Assembly: GCA_047495785.1 (NCBI GenBank)
Contig: JBLDXI010000007.1
Location: 3,720,001-3,784,000, forward strand
Direction: 5' to 3'
Length of the DNA stretch: 64,000 bases
From: Lepidodermella squamata
Lineage: Eukaryota; Animalia; Gastrotricha
A model generated the notes under the pieces. It did no database searches and was not told the DNA's origin. It saw nothing but the letters and a program-made list of their open reading frames with translations. Both the position numbers and the translations under genes were made by a program. Below, piece after piece: positions 14,328 to 27,320 of this stretch. Each line of letters begins with the position of its first letter. Positions within the stretch are counted from its first letter, which is position 1.

Positions 14328-15089
14328 GATACTTCTTTCCGCAGCAATTTTTTTCTTTTCGCAGCAAATTTGTTCTTTCCGCAGCAATTTTTTTTCTCGC
14401 AGCATCACTTTCTTTTCGCAGCAAATCAACGTTTTTTCCGCAGTAAATGCTAATTGAATAACTAATTGAAATAATATAGCCACCGAACTATATCAAGGCT
14501 ATTCGATATTTAAAATCACGCCAGGTGATTGTAGCGAGCACGCGCCCAAAATTTGACGCGACTTGAGCGAGTGGAACAACGGCTTAAGGTCGTTAACAAA
14601 TTGTTTTTTACATTTTAAACATCGCGACTTGATTAACTGCCAAATTCAATTACTAAAATATATGAATTATTTATGCCGTCTCCATCAACAATTGTAAGCT
14701 CTTCCTACGGAAGGCAGCGAATTCTCGAGGGTCAAATGTATCTTACTATATGTACCCCGTACATGTATCCCGTATGTCTCCGTACATGTAGGGTTAGGGT
14801 TAGGGTTAGGTTAGGGTTAGCTGCTGGGTCTTAAAATCGGGGACTTTGAACGGATTGGTATATTATGGTATGAGGATATTTCAAGGCTCTAAGCCGTCCT
14901 AGATTTTCATTTTCGTTTACTAATATTTATATTCCCCGTTCTTTTCCCATTTTAGCTAATAAAAATAAATTGCTGCGGAAAAAACGTTCATTTGCTGCGA
15001 AAATAAAGCGATACTGCGAGAAAAATAAATTGCTGCGGAAAGAACAAATTTGCTGCAAAAAGAAAAAAATTGCTGCGGAAAGAAGTATC
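14328..15089. mobile_element. Foldback/MITE-like element with long inverted termini built of ~20-bp subrepeats
   Basis: Left end gatacttctttccgcagcaatt plus repeated (tttc/tttcc)gcagca units; right end repeated ttgctgcg(g)aaa units ending ttgctgcggaaagaagtatc. No clear TSD. Confidence 0.7.
14790..14820 (+). repeat. Interstitial telomere-like (TTAGGG)n run
   Basis: gggttagggttagggttaggttagggttag. Confidence 0.8.
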
Positions 15090-15308
15090 GTCCTTTTTTA
15101 TCCATTGTTTTTATCGTCGAGGAAATTACCATGGATTAAAAGACCTGGATGGAAAAATCAACTGACTTTTACTTTTCCAACCACTCGATCCTAATTAATG
15201 ACAACATCTGGTGCCCATTGCGTTTACAGGCTTGGTCAGGAGTAGGAATTTGGCTGAGTCAGAGTTTTTCCATTAATTGTAGGTAGCAATGGAGGCTCTA
15301 GAACTCTA

Positions 15309-18300
15309 TTAGTGCATTCTGACGGGGCGTCGTGTTGACTGAGCGACGTACTTCCGAATGAATAGCGGTGAAGCGATCATGGTCATATTTCCAATTGCTA
15401 AAATACAAGACACAGATGCCATTAGCATGTAAAGAGCTGGATTATTGCCAAGAAATAACAGTCCAATCAAAATTGATCCCATGAGGATAATAGAGATTGC
15501 TGTGAAAAATCGAGACCACCAGGATAGTGAAACTAATTTGTCTAACGCGCCGCCAATCAAGTACGACCTATGCCGGGTTTTTTTAGATGACTTCAGCACG
15601 GATTTGATTGAAACTGCCACGAAAAGGGTCCTCAGGATGACCAAAGCTAGCAAACCAATAGAAACACAGAAGAGTCCCAGGGCCATTGCGGAGGTAGTAA
15701 AAGAATCAACTAGCAAGCAATCTAGCCTGTATACTTGTACCATGGCTCTAGGTGTCGACTTGCTGCTCACAAGAATTTCTGCCGTTTTGACAGGAAATGC
15801 GGCGATCAAAGAAGCGAAAATGACGATGGCTGCGAAAGGTATTGTTAGGAAAGTCGGGGAAATTTTAGTTTCTGGAGCTCGCGGTCCTTCACGAGAAGAA
15901 AGAGGCGAGATCCTACTTTGAAAATTTTTACAAAACGTGGATAATATCCTGGATACAGGCCGTGAGGGCGTGTTGTTGACAAAAGCCATTCCTGACTTCA
16001 TTTTAACGTAAATTCCGACGAAGAGGAAAACCAAACCCGCCATAGTCGCAGCGGAAACAGCCGAGCAGTGGCTGCTAATCTTTAGTTCATGATTGATAGG
16101 AACCAAGAAAGCATGTGTAACGAGCAAACTATTTCCCAGAAGCGATAACCAGTCACCTAGCTCGAATTTCAAATTATGTGTAGCGATGAACTGCCGGAAT
16201 AGTTGTGATAGTACGAGGCTAGCAATCGCCAGAGCCAGGATGGAACACAAAGCTGAAAAACAATCAAAGCCCGATTGTCAACTCTACCAAAACGATTGGT
16301 ATATTTTCATGACACATATTGACACACAACTATGTGCCTCTTTTTTGGCTATTGGCACATGACGCAAATTTCAATTTTCGATGATTTAAAAAGTCACGTA
16401 TCGATTGGGTCCACGAGAAACGAGAATTGATATCAGGGTTTTCGTGAACCAGGCATCGAATGGCAAAGTCGAAATTGCAGTCAAGGGCGCGAATTGAGCT
16501 ATCCGTTATCTATTACACGGTGGAAATGCTGGTATCTAGGGATTAAACCTCCGGATAAAGCAGTTAAATGCAACATTTGATGTGCTAATAGCCATGCCGC
16601 TTTTTTTTATATTGATTTGATATCAACCGAGGAAAGCCATGAAAAATATCGAATAATTTACCTTTGAAGAAAACATTTGCTGATGAGGGTATGAATGCCA
16701 CTTTTGTAACCGTGATAATTTGCCGATCAAGTGGCGGGTTACCGTCCCTGGTTGCCCAGTGCAAAGCATCTGGGATCAGCGTCAATTGATCTCCACCTGC
16801 TTGTTTCGACATAGAGACCGCAACTACGCTGCTTTGGCTTCTCCTATCCACGACTTGCATCTGCATAAACACAATGGGCACGCTTCCTAAGGAGCTGTGA
16901 TCGGCTCGGTTGAACGAATAGCTGCCTTTGAAACCGGTGAAAGACAGGTCATAAAACGAATCAGCGATGGCTGCTTTCATGACCGAGCTTTCAGCAGCGA
17001 AGTTGCGTGAACCCATCAGCCATTGTGAGAGGGATGAATTTCCTATATTACAAGGGTAGTTTTAGATAAATTCAACAATGAATTGTCGAGCGAGTTTACT
17101 TTCATTCCTCAGCACTGCTTCCGTGTTGTTGATCACAAGACCCAGAGCTGTGATTATATCGACAAAACCTGGGGCAGCATAGCTCCAAGGCGAACTTGAA
17201 TCAACAGTGAGGTTGACATTTCTCGTGACGTAGTTTAGCCAATCTTCCATACGTGACCCCGAAATATCCGGCGCATTAGGCCCTATAATATCCGCCAAAC
17301 TCGTATCACCAACATAAATTACGCTGGGCAATATATCGAGGATCGATTGAGAGTTGCAGAAAGGTGCTAGATGTTCAGGAAATCGGCTGTTCTCGTCAAA
17401 CCATGACCAGGTGTAGAATATTAGGACGTAATCTGGGCCGTAAAGACCGTGGCGGTGCAAATAGCAAACGGCCGTCAAAACGGCATCTTGCAGGCAAAGA
17501 ATGACTCTTGGTTCGCTTCGCTTCAGGTCTTGAAATACGGAAGTCATTGTTATTTCATCGTCACTCAGTTGGTAGGGGTACTTTGCCACGTGGACAAGAG
17601 TAATGTTGGTATCGTCTAATGCAGCAACCAGCGATTTGTCAATCTACGTAAGAAATTATACTAGTTGTCGATAAGGCTTGAAGAATTTGGAACAAACCAT
17701 TTCCGCAAAGCCTTTCGTATCTGTTATGAGTGCTACCCTACGCCAGCCCATTCTGGCCACAAATTGAACAATGGGTGTTACATAGCAATCAGCTTTCTCG
17801 CCAAGGGAAAACACATTGCTGTAACGTGACTGCCTCAGGTAGTAAAGATTAAGGTCGTTGGAATAAAGGTTCATCTTCACAAATTTAAGAGAAAGCTAGT
17901 CTTATTGTGAGGTGGGTGTTTAATTTACCGCAGTCATGTTGTATTGCCTCAAGCGCCATCAAGGTCTGAGCAGTAGCCTCACATTCACTTACACTCATTA
18001 AAGGAAAAAGGGACTCAGGACGATTCTCCAAAATTTCAACCATGTTCCTGATAATTACAGACGTTTCGCACTAAATAAGAGGAAGATTAGTCGAGCTTGT
18101 TGGCTGAAAAAATGAACATACAGTCTCTGTAACTGTTACTAGTTCCATTTCGAAGTTTGGCAGCCAGTTGGATAGCGTTCGTAACCTCTGCAGCGTGAAT
18201 TCCATAACTCTGGAGCTTGCCGCGCTAAAGAATGCCGATTGATATTGCACTTTTGTCACGAGAATTCTGACTAAGTTACGCGTAAGTTCTTCCGAGTGGT

Positions 18301-18406
18301 TCCGCTTTATAAACTCGTAATTGCTTGCCAGATTAGAACTTAGCACCGGTGAGATGCAAAGGAAAAGAAAGATAACATGACCGAAAAATTGCCTCTTTGA
18401 TATCAT
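15309..18406 (-). pseudogene. Divergent GABA-B-like class C GPCR, copy 4, frameshifted in exon 2
   Basis: Paralogous to copies 1-3, but exon 2 (18070-17929) is 142 nt instead of 147. ATGGCGCTTGAGGCAATAC here versus ATGGCGCTGATTTTGAAGCAATAC in copy 3 is a 5-nt deletion. Downstream exons remain open. Confidence 0.7.
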
Positions 18407-19733
18407 GGTTCGATGGTAAAATCTAAAATTCAACAATTGGGATGTTTGGGACTTCGACAATCCAGTTATTTTAATGTGCGTCGATTGAATTGCAGGTCAA
18501 AAGGGAAAAACATCTGATACCTAATATCTTATCGCGATGCATCATTAATCGCGATGCAGTTTCAGAGCCTCATGACTACTTGTCGGAATTTGTACTCACA
18601 TGCTTCACTCCTCCTCGATTTACGCGGTGTTGCAAGGTAGCAATTTGAGGCGGAAGTTTATGCTTGGATCAAAAGCCTCCAAAATAAAATCTGCATCTAT
18701 CTCTACTTCCTAGGGGAAAGTCCATTAAAAATCACTGCACTATCATCACTATCAGCTCTTCTCATTGACGAGAAACGTGACGATAACTAATTGATTCTTT
18801 GATATGTCTGGTTTTTCAATTAGCAGATTCCTGGATTCATTTTCTCCGATGTGTCCTCGTTGTCATTCTTCTAAGAGATTACTACGGTAAACCTGGCAGG
18901 TCTCTTATAGAAAGCCTGCTACCTCAAGGCATAACCAGGCGACTGATGGGACAATTCAAACCAGTCTGATTGGCGAGTGCACTACTATTGATACACGCTT
19001 TTTCTCAGGAACCTTTATCCGCGCATTTATGATATAATATAATATAATATTAATTTAATTTAATTTAAATCAGCGGAGTGTTTTGGCGTGAAATATTGAA
19101 TATTGAATGAGAGGACTCAATGTCACTCAATGTCGCGGAGACTTGGGATGCAATTCTCATGTAATTAAGTGTCTCACCTCTACACCTGCATCCCAGGAAA
19201 AATCTATTAACGTTAGAACGTTCAAGCAATCATTTCCGAATGTTTCCCGTTCTAGCAAGCAAGGTATGTTTTATTTGGTCAAAAATATACAAGCACCGGC
19301 CACCGGTTGAATTCTGGCGCGTCCTAGAATGTTCTCGAAACAACACCTATGATGATATATAAGAATCAGTACAATCGTTACAGTTACATACGAATTTACA
19401 TTGATCATGACATTACCTCTTTCCGTTCTAAGAATAGCACTTGTTTGCAGGCTGCGGAAGGTATTAGGTGGCAGTGAAGAGTTCAGAAAATCTTTCATAT
19501 AAGCGTTTTCGTCATGAATGGGCATTAGCTCTGTGTGAAAAGGTATGACACTGCCTGTATTCGCACATATCAAATTTCCTCTGATCTTACGCTTAAGTCA
19601 GCTTTCCTTAATAATCGTGTTTTTCAACTGTCGGAGATCAGGTCGGAAGGTGCGGACGTCTTATTCAAACGGATACAGACGCATTTACTGCTTACACTGT
19701 CGCTAAACTTGTAAATTTCCAGCTTTTCCCGCA

Positions 19734-22529
19734 ATGATGATGAGAGTTCTTGCTTTTATACTCCTTAAAATCGCCATAATTATGGCTCAATTCTGTGAAG
19801 AATCGGCTGATTCCTATTGCAATGCCTCTTGCCTTGAAGGCCAAGAATCTGAGAGCCGTCAATCGGGAAAAGTGAGGATTTTGGTTAGCGAAATGCGAAT
19901 GGAGTCAGCGACCCAGGATACGGCAATGTCTCGCGTGCCTGAATTCGCTATGCAACGTTTAAAAGCGATGCCGAATTGGCTTCCTAACTATGAAATCGAT
20001 GTAGTACCAGTCACAGATACGGTAAACCCCCATTTGAGGACATTGAAGTAGATTAATTGCATATGATTCGATGAAGTGTGATCCGGCTGATATGATACGT
20101 GCAACCATTGACATTTTGGAGAGCGATTCTGAAGCGATATTCCCATTGATGGCAATTTGCGAATGCGAATCTACTGGGCAACGCTTCATGTCCATGATTC
20201 TGAAGCAATATAACGTGACAGCGGTATGTTTAAAGCGCTATATCCCTACGATTTGTCCGCATAGCAACCGTTCCTATGATTTACCGTTGACTGAGAAAAC
20301 TGTTTTTGCAGATGTCGCTATACTCCAATGACGCAATTTTGTATTACATGAGACGAACGCGCTACGACAATCTATACTCATTGGGGGAAAGAGCTGATTA
20401 CTATGCTATCGCCCTCGTCAAATTTCTTGTGAAGATGGGGTGGAAAAAGGTGGTATTGATTTCAGATACGAATACCTACGCTTCAATGGTAGGATCCACT
20501 TTAAAGTCAATTATTTCAATTATTTTTCTTCTTTCAAGGTGGATGGTCCCTTATTGGCAGCCCTAGATGACAGCAACATCACGCTTGTTAACATGGCCAA
20601 ACTCCCATTTCAGATGATCAGCGATGACTCAGTGATGACTTCAGCGTTTGAAGTGATCCAGCAGCTAGATGCTCGGATCATATTGTGCTTGTCCGAAGCT
20701 GTTCTAACCATGGTTTGCTACTTGCACCGCCATGGGCTATACGGTCCAAACCACGTTCTCATTTTCTACACGTGGTCGTGGTTTGATGACACAAGTGAGA
20801 TACCGGAAGAATTGGCTTTGTGGTGCAGCTCTCAATCGATTCGCGACTTACTTCCGAGTGTCATATTTTTCGGCGATGCTACACTCGCCGATATCAATGG
20901 ACACAATGCAACAGACGTAACCGGCGCGAGTAGGAATGATTTGATTAGTTACATATCGGCAAATCTGTCGTTATCAATGGATACCTCCCAATGGACGTAT
21001 TACGCCCTGGGCCATTATGACATCATTATGGCAATTGGAATCCTCGCAAACACCACGGAACGTCTCCTTAATGAGAGTAAGTCCTTGTTCTAATGCTATA
21101 GTCTTTTTTATTGGTTGCTTTCGTAGAAAACTCGACCCTGGCTAACTGTGTGATCGATTCGCCTGATTTTCGGGACCAAAGCGATGTGATTCGTGGAATC
21201 ATTGCCGAGGCATTCTACTCATTGTCATTCTCTGGCTTCAAAGGGATGTACTCTTTCGATAGAGCCAGCAGGTGGTCGTCTGGCAGTATGCCTGTTGCCT
21301 TCATGCAAATGCAGATTGTTAACGACACAGCTCAAAGTGTTCTAGTTGGCGTTTACATGTCGAATCTTGAGCTTGAACAGCGGTTACATCTTATCCCAGA
21401 TGCTGTTGTCTGGGGAACTGATGATGGCGAACCGCCGATAGACCAGCAATTGGTTGAAGTCATTCATGCGCCCTTCATGCCTATTGCCGTAGCTGCGGTT
21501 TTCATAGGTAAAACCAACTTTCAATCTGGCCCCTCTTTAGCGAAGAAGACTTTGATTCTAGTAAAATTTTCAAATTGTTCAACAGGTATATCCGCTGCAG
21601 CTCTATTGACGATCGCAGTCCTAGCATTCTTACAACAGAGCGAACATTTTGCTGGAAATGTGAAAGCCAAACTTTTGGACTCGCTGGCCATGTTGGGCAG
21701 CGGCCTTCTCGTTGCTTACATTTTCATTATCCCGGAATTTATCGCCGATGTGAATTTAGCGTTGCGTTGCAACGCAGCTACCATCATTTCTTTCGCTGGT
21801 TTCAGCTGCATCTTCGAATCTATATTCTTTAGGCTTCAAATGGGTCTCAATTCTGCTATCAAAGTTGCAAGGGACCGGGATTATGACTTGGAAATGGATA
21901 ACCATCACACAATGGCTACAAGGTATTCGGCAAATCACTTCCAGGTTTGCCATCGCTCGTATGTCGGAAAGCCGCGGACTGCATCTAAAATTTTTGCAGC
22001 TGCGCCTGTGGTTTCTATCGGCCTCTTCATCGCATTGGTAATCATCGCCCCGATTACAACGAAGCAAGTTCTCACGAGTAGAACGTTCACTCCCAAAGTA
22101 GCCTATGACTCATTGAGGCTGGAGTGCGATATGATTGAACCATTTATTTCGTCGCCAATAGCCGTTGGTATCTTTGGATCTGTCGCTGGACTTCAGGCGA
22201 TTTTCCTTCTTCGGCTAGCACTCCTGGCATTTTCGGTTCAAAACAACCACAAAATCTTCGAAAAACACAGCCGATCGAAAGCTGCGGGAATCTCGGGCTC
22301 TCATGTGGTGAATTTATGTTGGTGGGCGCGTTACGTAATAGCCGCTGTCATTGTCCTAGTGGCGGCAATTCTGGTCGCTTTCATGTTCATTGGCAACAAC
22401 CAAGCTCTTTACATTCTGATTGCAGCTGTAGCCTGCATTCTTTCAATAGGCAATCTCGCTCTCCTATCGCTGCCTATGGTGGCGATCTTTTTCAAACTCC
22501 GACATCGATTTCGTGTTACCGTGATTTAA
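19734..22529 (+). CDS. Divergent GABA-B-like class C GPCR, copy 5 (most distant paralogue, divergently transcribed)
   Basis: Signal peptide MMMRVLAFILLKIAIIMAQ. Exon 1 is 19734-20021 and exon 2 is 20077-20223 (147 nt, begins CDP like GABA-B KCDPG). Motifs MGWKKVVLI, LDARIIL, GLYGPNHV and W.TDDGEPPID present; 7TM ends at 22529. Confidence 0.85.
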
Positions 22530-23043
22530 TTTGAATTTCCTAATTTTAAATTTCCTATAAGTGAGTTTAATACTGATTCGTTATGTAAAGTAAAAATGTA
22601 AATAAAAACGCGATAAAATGGCATGATGCTACAAGTTCTAGTTTTTGTCTTGAAAGAGTTCAGAAATTATTTGCCGGCGTGCAGCAATTAAACTCGTGAA
22701 TGAAAAAATCATGTTTACAGCCATTTCTCATATTTTATGGCAAACTGACCACGTTTTCGAAAAGGTTCTGCTCAAACTAAATACCAGGTTGACAATTGAA
22801 ACTTGCGCCCGTAGCATGTTAATACTTGTGGAAAAGAGTTCAACGGCAAACGTGTCAGGTCGATAGGTATGGACAGAGCAATTTCTTCGTACGTCAATGA
22901 TCAATAGCTAAAGCCTCTGAGCACGGAAGAATGCCGGTGAGCGTATATAAAGTCAGCATGAATGTCAGCATGATGTGAAATCATCATCATTCAGCTTTCA
23001 TTTTGAAACTTTTCCAGCGATCGACGATCACCTACCAGAAAAT

Positions 23044-24111
23044 ATGCAGCCTTCTGTCACGGCTTTTCTTGCCTCAGGCATTTTAGCTATTTTCCTTGCG
23101 CCAACCGAAGGTGGGGTCTAAAAATTACATGAAGATTGGATTTCTATTCCATTTCTTGTACAGCCATAAAGTGCTTCAATGCCACAAGTGAACCCGATAT
23201 GAGCGACGATTCTGTGTCATCGCTCTTCTTCAAGTTGATGTTCGGCACAGCGATATTGGAAGCTAATGCCACTCTGCCTTTGAACGCCACAATCGAAGAT
23301 GACTGCGACTTCTGCATGGTAAGGCTACAGTTTTTAGCTGCTTGAATCACTGGGCAGGAGAAAAATTCCGAAGGGTTCCACTGGGTCTAAACTGTAACAG
23401 AAAATGTCTAACTTCCCGTGTTTCTTTTTATTTATTGAAGTTTTATTTATGATTTTTCTTTGATTTAGCGCATGAGTTCTCGAATCTCGGCAACCTTCAA
23501 GGAGTTAATGGGAGATAAAGCAAATGACACAGACATGCCGTTTCCAATGGCTGATAAAAAGCTTACTTTTGTCAATCACTTTTGGGCATGTGGTCGAGAC
23601 GACGATCAGCAGGATACAGCCGGGTCGACTACCACCACGCAACGATCTGCGCCCGGCGTGTCTGTCGTCAAAAAGCAAAGCAAAAGCAACTCCATGTTCG
23701 CTAGTCTGAACTTTGGCGATCTTATGGCATCTTTCCGTAAGTTCCGTTCTAAACCAATTCCATGTTCTACTTCTAAATCCATTTTTTCTCCATAACAGCT
23801 GGATATGTGGCGGACGGCAGCGAACAGGCTGGCTGCTCTGTCATGTCTGCAATTTTCAAAATTCCAGGCAGCATTAAGGGATCCATGCAAGTTTGCAAAT
23901 GTTGCAGTGATGGGTAAGCCTAGATATTTTAGAAATAAAATTCAATTCAATTTCGCTATTTTTCATTAGATGCAACAAGGACGAAGATTGCGGTATGAAT
24001 GACGATATCAAGGAGGCTTATGGCGACAAGTTGCGCATGAATGGCAACACCAACTCAACATCGGCCACCGTTGCGTTATCGTCACTTTTCAGCATTGTTG
24101 GGAAGAAATAA
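23044..24111 (+). CDS. Ly6/uPAR (three-finger, quiver/sleepless-like) cysteine-rich protein A, possible GPI tail
   Basis: Exons 23044-23110, 23164-23318, 23469-23736, 23799-23913, 23970-24111. Signal peptide, phase-1 intron, then IKC..CDFC..WAC..GC..CKCCSDGCN..C, and a C-terminal tail SATVALSSLFSIVGKK. Confidence 0.65.
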
Positions 24112-24923
24112 TGCTAAAATAACGCCTGACATTCTATTATTTTTACTTTGAGAAATTGTAACAAGTGACCGAGCAATAAAATGACGTCCAAAAAATGTCG
24201 GCCATTCATATGTTTACTTGAATTTTCTGCCTTGTCTAATCACAATAGGATTGTCCAAGGATTCTCGCGGCAAAACTATTCAAATTGATGAAAAAACTGA
24301 ATTGCGTAGAGAAGTTAACAATATTGAATGCAATCAGTTTTTTGTCGGCAAATAGTTTTCATTTTTTAATTTTGAAAGGAATACTATCGGCCTAATTTGC
24401 ATTGTACGATTTTCTCTGCCTCGGTAAAAAGCGGCTGCGTTCTGCTTCATAAGGACGCAAAAGCTCTATGGAAGAATGAGAAAAATAGATGCGGAGGCAT
24501 GTCTTGTCAAACAGGGTAAAACGACCCCCGTGGTGGCTACGGGCTGTGTCTGCAGGGGTCGCTTGATAATTTGGGGGTCAACCAGTCAATCATTCACCAT
24601 GCAACCATTCTGCTATCAAAATGGCCAAGTTTTCGAAAGGGTTCTACTTTGAATGAAATTCCAGGGGCTGCTGATTAAAATTGCGCCTGTAGCATGTTGA
24701 TACACTAAGAAAACCACCTCAACGGCTAACGTGCTACATCGATGAGTAAAGACTAAGCTATTTCTTCCCACGTCACTAAAAGCGAGTAGGAATGTTGTGG
24801 CCTGAGCACGAAAGAATGCCGAAAGATCGTATAAAAAGTCGACATTCAGCCGCCGTTGAAACATCATCATTCAGCTTTCATTGTGAGACTTTTCCAATAA
24901 TCGTCGATCCTTTACCAGAAAAC

Positions 24924-25978
24924 ATGTCATTTCACGCGGCTGTTCTTGCCTCGGGCTTTTTTGCCTTATTCATTGCTCAGACTCAAGGTTGGCCTTGTTT
25001 CAACTATACCTGAAGAGTGTAGCTAAATTACCTTTCTTGTACAGCCATAAAGTGCTACAATGCCACAAGTGAGCCCAATATGGGCGAGGACGCTCTTTCA
25101 TCGCTCATGTTCAAGCTGATGTTCGGCACAGCGAGATTGGAAGCTAATGCCACCCTGCCTTGGAACGCCACTATCGAAGATAACTGCGACTACTGCATTG
25201 TAAGACCGCGCGGCTTTAAACTCTTTATTTAAACCAGTTGATCAGAGAAAACAGGAAAGGAATCCCAAGAATTTTTCAGTTTTTTCGTCTTAGGTGTTTC
25301 AGATCTATTCTTAATTTGTTTTGTCTTGGCTTTAGCGCATCAGTGCTCGAATTTCCGCAAGTCTCGGCGACTTTATGGGAGATGAAGCCAATGTCACAGA
25401 CATGCCGTTCTCAATTGCTGACAAACAACTATCCGTTGTCATGCACTATTGGACATGCGTTCGCAATGGCGATAAACAGAACACTGCTGCCGCGTCGACT
25501 ACCACGCAACGATCTGCGAAGGCGAGCGTGCCCGTTGTCAAAAAGCCAAGCAAGTCCAATCCCATGCTAGCAGGCCTCAACTTGGACGATCTTATGGAAT
25601 CTTTCCGTGAGTTGTTCAATCTATTTTAATAGTTCTTGTATATTTTACCTGATAACAGCTGGCGCTGTGTCAGATGGCAACGATCAGGCTGGCTGCTCTG
25701 CCATGTCTGGAATTTTCAAAATGCCAGGTAGCCTTAAAAATGCCATGCAAGCTTGCACGTGTTGCAGTGATAAGTAAGACAAGCAAAGTTTACGATCTCA
25801 AATTTTTAATGCTAATATTGTCAATGATAGATGCAACAAGGATGAAAATTGTGGACTGAATGATGATATTAAGGAGGCTTATGGCGACAAGCTCTGTGCG
25901 AATGCCAACTCAAAATCAGGCCCTGACGGTTCTTCCGATGCTTTTTCGTTACTCCTCAGCATTTTTGGCAAAAAATAA
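24924..25978 (+). CDS. Ly6/three-finger-like protein B
   Basis: Paralogue of A with the same five-exon layout: IKCYNA, CDYC, WTC, CTCCSDKCN, tail SSDAFSLLLSIFGKK. Confidence 0.65.
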
Positions 25979-27009
25979 TGTTAACAAGGAAAAACATTCC
26001 ACGATTTTCACTTTTTTTCACGATATTATTTTACTTAGTAACCATAAGCAATAAAATTAGGTATTAGGTCTTCAAAATTGTGTAAAATAATTATCTATTG
26101 ATTAAGTGACCCGAATTTTCTGTCTCGGGTAACTGTAACAGGACGTAGATCTTCGAGATTTCTAGATTTCTAGTTTGCAATTAACCCAACGCTACTCGGT
26201 CTACTCGCATTTCACAGCCGCATTTCACTGAGATCAAAGAAACCCGCAACGTCAGTCTCAAAAAATAGACAATATTACAGTTCGTCCAAATTGTTCGGGG
26301 TTATTGATACTAAATTCAGGGTTGCGGCAATTAACTCGAGAAAATAAGGATTCGGAAAATACGTGATGGAACTAGGCGGACCATTTTCTGTGACTGACAA
26401 CGGACCAGCATTAACAGCTTCCAATGTAGTGTGACACATGATTTTATTAAGGTGACTTTCGTGTCACATTGAATGGCATATGGCATCAAAATTTTATAGC
26501 GGTTTTATAGCACAATTTTACATGAAGTTGCGGAGTGTTGTGACACGGTCCGCATGGGGTGGTCTGCCAAGTTCCATAATGACCACCTTTTTAGAAGTAG
26601 CCATGTGACAAGACATTTGACCTTATCATATGCAGGCTATACTTGATAAAAAGTCAACATAGATCGTGATGAAACTCAGGAAATGTTGAATTAAAGCAAA
26701 AGGCGTTGTAGCACTGAAAACGGCTTGAATGAAGAATCCAACAATAGATAGCGCTGGAAAGTCAACTACAATTAGCTACAATTGCTACGTTTCACCAATG
26801 AAATCACGACTATCTATAAACATGGCTATCGAGCACGTGGCATTTCAAGTGTAGCTGAGACTGGAATGGCCATTCAAAAGTAATTGATTTCCCTCAACGA
26901 TGGAAGCAACGGCTATCGTAAATACCGAATGTGAGGACCTAATGAGAAGAGAGGACCTATTTTGAAGAGAGGGCTACAGGCCTCGCGAACTAACCTTTGC
27001 ACAGAAAGG

Positions 27010-27320
27010 TTTTCAAGATCAGATGAAGCTTTAGAACACTTTTTCATTGAACAGGGGGGAAAAAACTACCAAGATATTCCCATGGGTCACAACTACACCA
27101 GAAGTTTTAGACGTTTAGCTTTACGTTTTCTTTCTCGGCTTTAATGGGCGAGTGCTATCAGCGATGCACGACCTGGCCATCGATTGTAAAGACAGGTTCG
27201 CCAACAACGCAACGTTTCATCGCGATGACGAGCACCATGGGCAACCTTGTCATAGGGCCAAGCGACTCGCTGTTCGCTAACCTCAACCTCAATTTTATGG
27301 GTTCTCCCCGTGAGTTGCTA
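27010..27320 (+). pseudogene. Fragment of a Ly6-like paralogue (intron 2 plus partial exon 3)
   Basis: TTWPSIVKTGSPTTQRFIAMTSTMGNLVIGPSDSLFANLNLNFMGSP matches exon 3 of genes D and E. The other exons are absent. Confidence 0.7.

Noticed and set aside
14328-14445. CRISPR-like regularly spaced repeats
   Set aside because: Eukaryotic context, no unique spacers, and the units are mirrored at 14970-15089 as transposon subterminal repeats.
1550-22534. Many short antisense ORFs repeated across the receptor copies (e.g. 1766-2137, 5787-6290, 15445-15921)
   Set aside because: Shadows of the paralogous coding strands; start and stop positions are not conserved.
26370-26425. VTDNGPALTAS, resembling an LTR integrase DNG motif
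   Set aside because: Too short and not extended by an open frame.
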